Below, piece after piece: positions 18,012-26,859 of a stretch of 30,441 nucleotides of DNA (the first letter of the stretch is position 1; the number at the start of each line of letters is the position of its first letter). The notes under the pieces were generated by a model, which made no database searches, was not told the origin of the DNA, and saw nothing but the letters and a program-made list of their open reading frames with translations. This DNA comes from a virus. Taxonomy: Duplodnaviria; Caudoviricetes. The stretch is taken from positions 1-30,441 of IMG/VR virus record IMGVR_UViG_3300048599_000542, one strand, 5' to 3'. Position numbers and translations under genes: made by a program.

Positions 18012-19058
18012 TTAGGCCTTCTTGCCCATGACGATGTTTTCGACAAAGGCGGAAAGGCCGTAGTCTTCGACGACGTAGGCCTCGTTCCAGCTCTCGAAGT
18101 TCTTGATGCAGTCCTCGTCAGGCACCTCGATGATGTGGCGGCGGCGGGTGCCGTCCTGCCAATAGATCGAGAGGTTTTCGAGCGTGGTGACCAGCATGGC
18201 ATTGGCCGGGAAGTAGGGGACGCTGATCGCCGGTTTGCCGCCGAGCTGCTTTGCCGAGCGCAAAATCTGGTCGCGCGCCACGATCTCGGTCGCGGTGTCG
18301 CCTGCCTTGTTGATGATCGGAAAGTACTTGTCGTGCATCAAATCGCTGCCGCAGATCACGACAAGGCCCGGGTCCTCGCGCGCCCACGGGTCCAGCAACT
18401 GCATGGCGTCGGTCGCAAGCGCATCGAGGTTCTGGAAATCGACGCCCGTTCCCAGAACGCCATCGCCGACGTAAATGTGACCGGCATCGATATCGCCCTT
18501 GGCAAGGTGGCGCTCCGGCGCGTTCTGGCGGATCTTCTCCAGCCAGCCGACATTGACGTCTTCGAGCAACGGATGTGCGGCCTTGTCAGTATTGTCGGCG
18601 ACCGTCTTGCCGTTCCAGCCGATCATGATGCGGTCGAGGCCTTGGCGCTTGACGATCACATCGCGGATACGGGTCTGGAAGTCCGGGAACTTGGCCCAGG
18701 CGTCCAGCTTGGCATAGGTGATATGGGTGTCGCTGTTGGTCTTCTTGCACGCATAGCGGTTCGACTTCAGACCGGTCGGGTCGACGGTCCCGCGCTTCTT
18801 GCCGCCACTCGTATCGGTGCGGCTGGCAATGGGGCCGGAGACGATCAGGCCGAGCGCTTCGCCTTCCTGTTCGTCGACCGGAACGATGTTGATCTGAGAC
18901 AGGAATTCGCTCGATTCCTGGGTTGCCTCTTCGAGCTTCTGCTGAACGGTCGGCTCTACCGAGAACGTCGAGGTCACGTCGCTGGCATCGGCAAGCGCAT
19001 TCAGTTCGGCAATGCGGGCCGTATATTCTTTCCAGCGAGCGCGGGTCTGTTTCTTCAT
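18012..19058 (-). CDS. gpN: Major capsid protein N (P2 family)
   Basis: FSVEPTVQQKLE, LDAWAKFPDFQ, DRIMIGWNG, PLLEDVNVGW, LENLSIYWQ. Confidence 0.96.
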   Translation of the reverse strand: MKKQTRARWKEYTARIAELNALADASDVTSTFSVEPTVQQKLEEATQESSEFLSQINIVPVDEQEGEALGLIVSGPIASRTDTSGGKKRGTVDPTGLKSNRYACKKTNSDTHITYAKLDAWAKFPDFQTRIRDVIVKRQGLDRIMIGWNGKTVADNTDKAAHPLLEDVNVGWLEKIRQNAPERHLAKGDIDAGHIYVGDGVLGTGVDFQNLDALATDAMQLLDPWAREDPGLVVICGSDLMHDKYFPIINKAGDTATEIVARDQILRSAKQLGGKPAISVPYFPANAMLVTTLENLSIYWQDGTRRRHIIEVPDEDCIKNFESWNEAYVVEDYGLSAFVENIVMGKKA

Positions 19059-19094
19059 GAGAAAGCCTTTCGGGGTGTTGGGACGATGGCGGGA

Positions 19095-19931
19095 TTAGCA
19101 GTCCGTGAGGATGGCGGTACCGCTGCCGGTAGCCGGAGCGCGAACCGGCTGCGGTCGTTCAGTCGTTTCCAGGTGTGCTTTGAGGGCCGACAACTCCTCG
19201 CGGAGTGCTGCAATCGCGCCGTCTTGCGCTTCGCTCTTGCGGGTCACCGCATCGGAGAATTCCGCCAGTAGATCGCGGAGAGTCGAAAGCTGCATATCGG
19301 ACTGGGTGGCATCCGAGGCTGGTTTCTGCGGTTCGCCCTTGCCGGTGATACGCTCGATCAGCGCGCTAAACTTGGCGGCGAATGCGGCGAAGCCATCGGC
19401 AGGCGGGGCGTCACTCGCGTCTTCGAGCGCAATGTCGGCCTCGGTTGCAGCGGTGAAGAGGTTGTCCGGCGCGCTCTTGCGGGCATCGAACATCGGCTTC
19501 AGCGCGGAGAAGGAAAGGGCTTCGACGCCGAGGCTCGCAGGCGTATCGGTAACGGCGAGGCCGACGAGGCCAGCTTTGCCGGTCTGCGCAAAATTGGGCG
19601 ATACCTCGATCGAGGTGAAGACTTTCTGCCCGGCGCGCACCGTCGACACGAGCTGATCGTTGGCGTCGAGCTGGGCGAAGAGGGCCAAGCGCTTGACCGG
19701 CTTGCCATCAAGGGCAAGTTCGATCTCTTCGGCCTTCAAGGCCGTCACCGAGCCGTAGGCATTGAACGGGGGCTCGGGCGAAAAACCCTTGATGTGTTCG
19801 CAGTTGATGCGGGCGGTATAGGTCGCTGGATCGTATCCGGCCGCCATCTGCTCAATCCAGTCGCGCGAGATTGTACGGCCATCGGTCGTGGCACCCTCAA
19901 CTGCGACACGGAAGAAACGGGTTTTTGCCAT
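19095..19931 (-). CDS. gpO: Capsid scaffolding protein/protease O
   Basis: FFRVAVEGATTDGRTI, GLAVTDTPASLG, C-terminal LTDC; start refined to ATG 19931. Confidence 0.94.
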   Translation of the reverse strand: MAKTRFFRVAVEGATTDGRTISRDWIEQMAAGYDPATYTARINCEHIKGFSPEPPFNAYGSVTALKAEEIELALDGKPVKRLALFAQLDANDQLVSTVRAGQKVFTSIEVSPNFAQTGKAGLVGLAVTDTPASLGVEALSFSALKPMFDARKSAPDNLFTAATEADIALEDASDAPPADGFAAFAAKFSALIERITGKGEPQKPASDATQSDMQLSTLRDLLAEFSDAVTRKSEAQDGAIAALREELSALKAHLETTERPQPVRAPATGSGTAILTDC

Positions 19932-20008
19932 ACGGGCTGCCTCGAAGTTTGCGTGCGTTTCGTCTGAAGCGAAGAGGCCGCAAACCACTCAGTCCTAACA
20001 AGCCGTGC

Positions 20009-20035
20009 CACTTGGAGAGGTTTGCTCTCCAAGTG
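20009..20035. promoter_or_regulatory. Late-promoter palindrome between divergent gpO and gpP (putative Ogr site)
   Basis: CACTTGGAGAG-GTTTG-CTCTCCAAGTG, perfect 11-bp arms. Confidence 0.8.
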
Positions 20036-20078
20036 AAGCCTATGCGCGACGGCGCATCGGTGACGGCATCAATGGTGC

Positions 20079-21881
20079 ATGTCCATTGAACCCATCCCGA
20101 TGACGGTCATTGCGCAAACCCCGTTCGATGCGCGGCGGAAAGCCCGCTCGCTCTATTGGCGCGGATGGGGCGTCACTCAGGTCGCCGACGAGCTGGGCCT
20201 GAAGCGCACGACCGTCGAGTCTTGGAAGTGCCGGGACCGGTGGGACGAGGCTCCGAGCATCGCCAAACTCGAAGACTGCCTCGAAGTCCGCTTCATGGTC
20301 CTTGTTGCCAAGGAACAGAAGACCGGCGGCGACTTCAAGGAAATCGACCTCCTCGGCCGACAGATTGCCACTTTGGCCCGCGTTCGCCGCTACGAAGCGC
20401 CCGGCGGTCACGAAGGCGATCTCAACGAAAAGGTCGAGAACCGGAACAAGGGCCCGCGCAAGAAGCCGAAGCGCAATCACTTCACGGCCGAACAGGCCGC
20501 CAAGCTGCGCGAGATATTCGACGGGCAACTGTTCGAGTATCAGAAGATTTGGGCGGCGGCCGGTGATCAGCGCACCCGCATGATTTTGAAGTCCCGCCAG
20601 ATCGGCGCGACGTACTACTTCGCCTTTGAAGCCCTGATCGATGCGGTCGAGACCGGCCGCAATCAAATCTTCCTTTCGGCCTCGCGTGCGCAGGCGTTGC
20701 AGTTTCGCAGCTACATCGTTGCGTTCGCCAAATTGGTCGGCGTTGATCTTTCTGGCGATCCGATGCTGGTCACCTCGGAAGTGGTCGGCACCGATCAGCC
20801 CGCCGCGGAACTGCACTTCCTCGGCACGAACTATCGCACGGCGCAGGGCCGTCACGGCAATTTCTACTTCGATGAGTTCTTCTGGGTGCACGGCTTCGAG
20901 GAGCTGAACAAAGTCGCCTCCGGCATGGCGATGCACAAGAAGTGGCGGAAGACGTATTTCTCGACACCCTCGACAGTCGCCCATGCCGCCTATCCCTATT
21001 GGACCGGCGAGCGGCGCAATCGCAAGCGCAAGAAGGCCGATCGCGTCGAAATCGATATTACCCACGACGCCCTCGCCGCGGGGCGCATCTGCGAAGATCG
21101 CGTCTGGCGCCACATCGTGACGATCGAGGATGCGGAGCGGGGCGGCTGCGATCTCTTCGACCTCGAAGAGCTTCGCGACGAATATGCCCCCGACGAGTTC
21201 GCGAACCTCCTGATGTGCGAGTTCGTCGACGACAGCCTATCTGCGTTCAAGTTCAACGAACTAGTTGCTTGCGGCGTCGACAGTCTGGTCGAGTGGCGTG
21301 ACTTCAACCCGGTGGCACAGCGGCCGTTCGGCACCAAAGCGGTCTGGGCCGGCTACGACCCGCAGGATAGTGCGGACGGCGATAATGCTGCCCTGGTTAT
21401 CGCGGCGCCACCGGCAGAGGTCGGCGGCTCTTTCCGCCTGCTTGAGCGCCATCAATTGCGCGGCATGGATTTCGAGCAGCAAGCCGAATTCATTCGGGCC
21501 GTCCTCTCGAAATACAATTGCGTCTATCTCGGCATCGATGCCACCGGCATCGGCTCGGCCGTCTATCAGCTTGTCGCCAAGTGGATGCCGCGCGTCACGC
21601 GCATCGACTATTCCATTGAGGTGAAGGCGACCATGGTGATGAAGGCGCAGAACGTCGTCTCGCGTGGCCGTATCGCCTTTGATGCCAGTTGGTCCGATCT
21701 CATCGGCAGCTTTTTGGCGATCAAGAAAACGCTCACGGCAAGCGGGCGGTCCATCACATTCAAAGCCGGGCGTGGTTCGGTCACCAGTCATGCCGATCTC
21801 GCTTGGGCAACGATGCACATCCTTTTGAATGAACCGCTCGACGGCAAGGCAAAGCCGGTCGGCAGCATGGAGATTATTTGA
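20079..21881 (+). CDS. gpP: Terminase ATPase subunit P
   Basis: N-terminal HTH (ARSLYWRGW), KSRQIGAT Walker A, FYFDEFFW Walker B, GYDP, HADLAWA. Confidence 0.96.
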   Translation: MSIEPIPMTVIAQTPFDARRKARSLYWRGWGVTQVADELGLKRTTVESWKCRDRWDEAPSIAKLEDCLEVRFMVLVAKEQKTGGDFKEIDLLGRQIATLARVRRYEAPGGHEGDLNEKVENRNKGPRKKPKRNHFTAEQAAKLREIFDGQLFEYQKIWAAAGDQRTRMILKSRQIGATYYFAFEALIDAVETGRNQIFLSASRAQALQFRSYIVAFAKLVGVDLSGDPMLVTSEVVGTDQPAAELHFLGTNYRTAQGRHGNFYFDEFFWVHGFEELNKVASGMAMHKKWRKTYFSTPSTVAHAAYPYWTGERRNRKRKKADRVEIDITHDALAAGRICEDRVWRHIVTIEDAERGGCDLFDLEELRDEYAPDEFANLLMCEFVDDSLSAFKFNELVACGVDSLVEWRDFNPVAQRPFGTKAVWAGYDPQDSADGDNAALVIAAPPAEVGGSFRLLERHQLRGMDFEQQAEFIRAVLSKYNCVYLGIDATGIGSAVYQLVAKWMPRVTRIDYSIEVKATMVMKAQNVVSRGRIAFDASWSDLIGSFLAIKKTLTASGRSITFKAGRGSVTSHADLAWATMHILLNEPLDGKAKPVGSMEII

Positions 21882-22897
21882 TGAAGAAGCGGAAGCGGAA
21901 GCCGACGGCGCAGACGGCTGGGCCGCAGAAAACGCAAGTGTTCACCTTCGGCGATCCTGAGCCGGTTTTGAACCGCCGCATGCTGCTCGACCATCTCGAA
22001 TGCCGAGATAATGGCCGGTGGTACTATCCGCCGATTCCGCTCGAAGGTCTGGCACGCGCCTTCTATGCCTCTCCCCATCATGCCAGCGCGATCCAGCTCA
22101 AGCGCAACCTGATTGTGGGTTCGTTCAAGCCGACGCGGTTTCTGGACCGCGTGAGCTTCAAGGCGTTGGTTCAGGACTATCTGGTTTTTGGCAACGGCTA
22201 TGTCGAGCGCTACGACAACATGCTCGGAAAGCCATTGCGGGTCGGGCATCTGCTCGCGAAGTATATGCGGCGTGGCGTGAAAGCAGGCGATTGGTGGCTC
22301 GAACGAAACGCATACGATGTCGACCAGCTAGTGCCCGGCTCGGTGTTTCAACTGCGCCAGCCTGACGTGAACCAAGAAATTTATGGCTTGCCGGAATATC
22401 TTGCGGCTCTGAACGCCTCTCTCCTGAACGAGGCCGCCACCCTGTTCCGCCGCAAGTACTACGAGAACGGCTCGCATGCCGGGTTCATCTTGTATGCTAC
22501 GGGTGATTTTCCGGAAGGCGAAATCGCAGCGGTCAAGGATGCGTTACGCAAGTCCAAGGGGCCGGGGAATTTCCGCAATCTGGTCATTCATGCCCCGAAC
22601 GGAAAGGTGGACGGCATCAAGCTCTTGCCGGTCGCAGAGGTTGCCGCCAAGGACGAGTTCCTCGGCATCAAGAACACCACGCGTGACGATGTGCTTGCAT
22701 CACACCGGGTGCCGCCGCAGTTGCTCGGAATTGTCCCGACCAACGCGGGCGGCTTCGGCAAGGTGTCGGAAGCGGCTGCCACGTTCTTCGACATGGAAAT
22801 CAGGCCGATCATGCGCGAGTTCGAAGCGCTGAACGAATGGCTGGGCGTGGAGGCCGTCGCCTGGGATGTGCCGCCGACGCCCGACACGGCGCCCTAA
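21881..22897 (+). CDS. gpQ: Portal protein Q (PBSX family)
   Basis: FTFGDPEPV, QEIYGLPEY, FRRKYYENGSHAGFI, KGPGNFRNL, HRVPPQL. Confidence 0.96.
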   Translation: MKKRKRKPTAQTAGPQKTQVFTFGDPEPVLNRRMLLDHLECRDNGRWYYPPIPLEGLARAFYASPHHASAIQLKRNLIVGSFKPTRFLDRVSFKALVQDYLVFGNGYVERYDNMLGKPLRVGHLLAKYMRRGVKAGDWWLERNAYDVDQLVPGSVFQLRQPDVNQEIYGLPEYLAALNASLLNEAATLFRRKYYENGSHAGFILYATGDFPEGEIAAVKDALRKSKGPGNFRNLVIHAPNGKVDGIKLLPVAEVAAKDEFLGIKNTTRDDVLASHRVPPQLLGIVPTNAGGFGKVSEAAATFFDMEIRPIMREFEALNEWLGVEAVAWDVPPTPDTAP

Positions 22898-22920
22898 TCC
22901 CGCAACGATATCTGAATCGG

Positions 22921-22954
22921 AAAGCCGCCGGACGCCTTCCGGCGGTTTTTTTTT
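22921..22954 (+). terminator. Intrinsic terminator after portal gene
   Basis: AAAGCCGCCGGA-CGCCT-TCCGGCGG followed by T9. Confidence 0.88.
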
Positions 22955-23151
22955 GCCCCGAGTGTTGAGCCTGGGTCGATCGGCGGGTGCCCGGCAGATA
23001 CTGGCCGCTGTGGACTCAGGGGAGGGGCGTGGCGGCCGATTGTTCTGCGCGTCCGAGAGGCGGCACTGCCTATCGGCGGGGCCAGGCGCCTCGCGCTGTG
23101 TCCCTATCGGGGTTTGGGGCGGCAGGGCTTGGCGGCACCCCGACCAACGCG

Positions 23152-23170
23152 CTAATTCCCCCGCCTCGCC
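23152..23170 (-). other. cos (cohesive end) site, P2 type
   Basis: Minus strand reads GGCGAGGCGGGGGAATTAG, against P2 cos GGCGAGGCGGGGAAAGCAC (recalled); located downstream of portal as in P2. Confidence 0.85.
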
Positions 23171-23394
23171 AGCGCGCTTTTCGTGTTAGTTTCGACGCAC
23201 TTAAGCACCCATGGGGCGGGGGTGGAAAAGCAAGGCCGTTGCGGGGCCATTTTGCGAATCTGTGAGCGGAGTGGGTGTTGCACTTTGATGCGATTAAGCC
23301 AGCGAGGACGCGGACGACCGCCAGAATGGTAGTTGGGGAACGGATCGCAAACCGAAGCACTAGTGCAGCTCTAGAGAGCCTCGGCTTCCGGCCA

Positions 23395-23670
23395 CTAGTA
23401 TCGATGACGGACGTGATGTGAATTGTCATTCGCTGCTGCTGCGCCGCGCTTTTCCGCGGGTTCTGCAATTCTGCGGGTCGAGAACTCGCATTTTGGCCAG
23501 CCGCTGCATCTTAGCCAAGGAACTGGTCGACCGAGGGTGAGGACTGAACGCCCAATCCCGGCTTCGAGAGGCTTTCCGCAATGCGGACAGCTCTCGCCGG
23601 GGCGCCAATTCTTGGGTCGAGCACCAATTACTGCTGCGAGCATTCTTGCGATGCGCCTCAGTGCACCCAT
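23395..23670 (-). CDS. Small protein with topoisomerase-type C4 zinc ribbon
   Basis: CPHCGKPL...CSGWPKC; ATG 23670 with GAGAGGG RBS. Confidence 0.65.
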   Translation of the reverse strand: MGALRRIARMLAAVIGARPKNWRPGESCPHCGKPLEAGIGRSVLTLGRPVPWLRCSGWPKCEFSTRRIAEPAEKRGAAAANDNSHHVRHRY

Positions 23671-23753
23671 GTGCCCTCTCGTTCCAAGGAGTAAAGGTAC
23701 ACGCAAGCGCCGTTAGCCAAAAGAGCCTGATACGATCCGGATCAGGAAATTCT

Positions 23754-23966
23754 TTAGTTTCGCCGCAAGTCGCCGCTCGAAATTTGGTCCGCTCCGCTCA
23801 GCGTTATGGCGATTTCCGCGTTAAAGCGCTTTTGCTCTTCGGGGCTCAGATTGGCCATCCGAAACCGGATGTGGTCAGATATTTTCTGCCAATCACCGCC
23901 ACATTGCTCGAACGCTTCCCTGGTCCATTCCTGCAAACTCAGCGCAAGCCCCTTGTTCTGGCACAT
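23754..23966 (-). CDS. Hypothetical 70-aa helical protein
   Basis: ATG with GAGG RBS, protein-like amphipathic composition, divergent from GNAT. Confidence 0.6.
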   Translation of the reverse strand: MCQNKGLALSLQEWTREAFEQCGGDWQKISDHIRFRMANLSPEEQKRFNAEIAITLSGADQISSGDLRRN

Positions 23967-24066
23967 CGCAACCTCATCGTTTTTGTAGAGCGGCCTTCAC
24001 AAAATTCGAGTTCACCGACAGACCGTCCCCGGTCAGTTTGTTTGAACTAGGGGAGGGCTTGCCATC

Positions 24067-24642
24067 ATGGATGACAATTCGAGCACGACTGCGGCGGGAC
24101 ATAACGCAATTCATGTGGAGATCGTTAAGACGCCTGAGCAATTGCAGCACGCGTACACAATTCGGGCGATCTGCTGGATGGAAGAAAAGGGCGTGGCGGC
24201 GGGATTGTCGTTCGACGGGAACGATTTACAGGCCACCCATGTGGTGATTTACGCTGGCGATGAGCCAATCGGGGCTTTGCGTATTCGGTGGTTCCGCGAA
24301 TTTGCAGAACTCGAACGCACCGCAATGCGCAAGGCATATCGCAATCCGCGGTATCTCAAGATGGCTGCGGAACACATCTTCAAACACATTGCGCGGAAGG
24401 GCTATTCTGTAGTGGTTACCCATGCCGCCCCGCTCTATGCCAGGCTATGGGAGCGCATGCTCGGTTTTAAGCCGGTTGAGGGCAAACCCCCAGCGGTGTT
24501 TGCTGGTCATCCCGAGCCATACATCGAACTCATCAAGGTACTCGACGTGCCCGATGATGCGATCTCACTCGCATCGGATGCGCAGATTATCTTCAGAACA
24601 GAGGGTGAGTGGGATGTCACATCACGCTTCGAAGGCAGCTAG
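24067..24642 (+). CDS. GNAT-family N-acyltransferase
   Basis: AYTIRAICWMEE, FDGND..ATHVV, GALRIRWF..FAELERTAMRKAYR, LGF; GGAGGG RBS. Confidence 0.8.
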   Translation: MDDNSSTTAAGHNAIHVEIVKTPEQLQHAYTIRAICWMEEKGVAAGLSFDGNDLQATHVVIYAGDEPIGALRIRWFREFAELERTAMRKAYRNPRYLKMAAEHIFKHIARKGYSVVVTHAAPLYARLWERMLGFKPVEGKPPAVFAGHPEPYIELIKVLDVPDDAISLASDAQIIFRTEGEWDVTSRFEGS

Positions 24643-24862
24643 CCGCTACGATCGAACGTTGGAGGATTCGAAGGCCAAGGAAATTGATGCCTACACGAAG
24701 CGTGTAGCGTCGATCAATGCCGCAACACTGCGGCGCCTTGGAGATCACAAGGATCCGAAGCCCCTTGATCTCGCCGAGCTATTCGAGGACACGGCGAACC
24801 GCTACATGGATCTGTCGGAGGAAATCCGGCAAACAGTTATTTCGGCGGTGGCGGATAGCTGA
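24614..24862 (+). CDS. Hypothetical 82-aa protein overlapping the GNAT 3' end
   Basis: ATG 24614 with GAGGGTGAG upstream; MSHHASKAASRYDRTLEDSKAKEIDAY... helical and charged; fills the gap to lysR. Confidence 0.5.
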   Translation: MSHHASKAASRYDRTLEDSKAKEIDAYTKRVASINAATLRRLGDHKDPKPLDLAELFEDTANRYMDLSEEIRQTVISAVADS

Positions 24863-25883
24863 ATGGTCCGGCAAGAGATTGTTCAATAGTTTTGGTGAGA
24901 GATTTTTGGGAGGGGCAGTCCAGATGAAGCTCCGGGCTGAACCATGGAACGTTTGGCCCGAATACTGCTGACAGCCAATCGTAGACCAGCCGGACGGGAC
25001 GTGCCTGGAGCCTTTCTGTTTGCGCGATTATGTAGATGGGCACTGGTGTGTGGACACCGAGGTCGAGCGGTACTGCGTCAGCATCAGCCACGACATAATT
25101 GCACAATAGGCCGATGCCGTAACCACATTTGACCATTAATCCATAGGCGTACGAGTTGTCACAAATGTGGGCGACAACGCCTTGTGAGACAAGCTTGCGC
25201 CAGCCAGCCCAGGCATCGGTTTGGGCGGAATAGTATTCACAATCAATGAAGTGGTGGGCCTTGAGATCATTCAGAGTTGGCTTGCCATAACGTTCGACAT
25301 ATGACTTCGAAGCGACCGGGATAAAATGAAGATAGCCGAGGCGTGTGCTCGTGAGTTCCGCCTGACTTGGCGGCCCAAACCCAAGCATGACGTCAGTCTG
25401 ATTGTCACGGAAGCTCATCAGGTTAATTGGGTTGCGGACGTGAAGCTTTATGCGGGGAAACTGCTCATTGAATGCAGAGAGCCCTGGCACGACGAACAGG
25501 CCGGCTAATCCCTCCGTAATGCTGACTCGAACGAGCCCCTCGGCGTCGTTCGTTTCCGCCTTCAGTTCGGTGGAAATTTCGAAAAGTTTTTCGTCGAGAG
25601 TAAGCAGCGAATGGGCCAAATCTCGGCCCTTCTGGGTAAGTTCGATCCCATTGATAGTTCGGAGTACCAGTTGAGATCCGATGATATCTTGAAGGCGTTT
25701 TACTTGCCGACTGACTGAAGGCTGGCTGACGTTCAGCGTTTCCGCCGCTCGGTTGAACGATTTGGCTTTGGCTACGGCCAGGAATGTTCGTAACTCTCCC
25801 CAGAATGGCCCACTGAGGACGCGAAGTTCATCGAGTGAGGAACGATTCAATGTCTTCTGCGACGGGGCAAATGGTTCTGTCAC
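24837..25883 (-). CDS. LysR-family transcriptional regulator
   Basis: LRTFLAVAKAKSFNRAAETLNVSQPSVSRQVKRL HTH plus substrate-binding domain; GTGA overlap with XRE gene. Confidence 0.93.
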   Translation of the reverse strand: MTEPFAPSQKTLNRSSLDELRVLSGPFWGELRTFLAVAKAKSFNRAAETLNVSQPSVSRQVKRLQDIIGSQLVLRTINGIELTQKGRDLAHSLLTLDEKLFEISTELKAETNDAEGLVRVSITEGLAGLFVVPGLSAFNEQFPRIKLHVRNPINLMSFRDNQTDVMLGFGPPSQAELTSTRLGYLHFIPVASKSYVERYGKPTLNDLKAHHFIDCEYYSAQTDAWAGWRKLVSQGVVAHICDNSYAYGLMVKCGYGIGLLCNYVVADADAVPLDLGVHTPVPIYIIAQTERLQARPVRLVYDWLSAVFGPNVPWFSPELHLDCPSQKSLTKTIEQSLAGPFSYPPPPK

Positions 25884-26317
25884 GGCAAACCCTTCTCGGA
25901 ACGCGTATCTAGCGTGGCCTCAATTGTTGCTAGTTCTTCGATAAGAGCGATGAGTTTCTGCCTGGGACGCGGATCGATGCGCATCAAAGCTTTGACCACG
26001 CGCGAGCAGTCAGGTGTTGCGATAAACTCAGCTTCTTGAATAATTGTGGGCGTTGCATCCGTGTCGGCTTGATGCAGTGCTCCCATGGGTGGGTAGAAGT
26101 GCTCTATTGGGATACCGAACGCATCGGCGATTTCGTATAGCCGACCAGAGCCGATTCTGTTCACGCCCTTTTCGTATTTTTGAACCTGTTGGAAGGAGAG
26201 TCTCAGTCTCCGGGCCAGCTCTTGTTGCGATAGGCCGAGTTGCTTACGAAAGGCCGTCGCACGAGATGCTACATAGTGGTCGATTTCTCCCGCGCATTTT
26301 ACAGCTCTGTTTTTCAC
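25880..26317 (-). CDS. XRE-family HTH transcriptional regulator
   Basis: LGLSQQELARRLRLSFQQVQKYEKGVNRIGSGRLYEIA. Confidence 0.92.
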   Translation of the reverse strand: MKNRAVKCAGEIDHYVASRATAFRKQLGLSQQELARRLRLSFQQVQKYEKGVNRIGSGRLYEIADAFGIPIEHFYPPMGALHQADTDATPTIIQEAEFIATPDCSRVVKALMRIDPRPRQKLIALIEELATIEATLDTRSEKGLP

Positions 26318-26859
26318 CGCTGGCGTCCGCTGGTCCTGGGTTGGCCTCTCGCGGTCGTGGTGGTTTCACGCATGCTGCCAGCAACCGCCATAATCTACGG
26401 AGATATGCAGTTAGGGCAATTGCGAAGCAATTTCAGACGGACTTCCCCCACGCCACTAGGCAGAAAATAACTTTGTAAAAACAACACGGCGGAGTGGTAA
26501 ATGCAACCTGTGCGGAAAAGCGGGGAGAGGACAAGCTGCGGGTGGTTCTGTGGCTGAAACTACGGGAACTGGAGCGGTCTGGTCGGGAGAGCGCTATCCC
26601 CTTGGGCTGTACTCTCGTCGATATTTGTTCTCGGGAGGCGGCAGGATACGATGGGGAAGGAGAACGGTCCCTCAGGCTGGGGATGAGGTGAGCCTTCAGA
26701 TCCAGTCTTGAGGAACGGGTTTGCAGAAAACAGCCACTCTCATCGAATTCAGGTACTAGCACTGCATCGGGAAACAGGTCGACCCTAACCACACCCCCCT
26801 GGGCGCAAACAGACAATTTTCGGGGAACGTTTCCGCAAAAGACCGGGTATCCGGGCACA

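Noticed and set aside
18135-19271. Long + strand ORF (378 aa) and similar antisense ORFs (6623-7615, 8085-8936, 20040-21113, 28183-29259)
   Set aside because: Shadows of well-supported genes on the opposite strand in high-GC DNA; no recognisable motifs
9714-20035. Repeated palindromes as CRISPR repeats, REP elements or plain terminators
   Set aside because: Only three copies, kilobases apart, no U-tails, one lies between divergent genes, and all have fixed spacing to start codons
22866-23468. ORFs spanning the terminator/cos region
   Set aside because: Low-complexity Arg/Pro/Ala translations without RBS that overlap the terminator and cos site
26840-26858. Group II intron-like start (GTGCCCGG) right after the tRNA half
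   Set aside because: Does not match GUGYG, and there is no reverse transcriptase or domain V in the window
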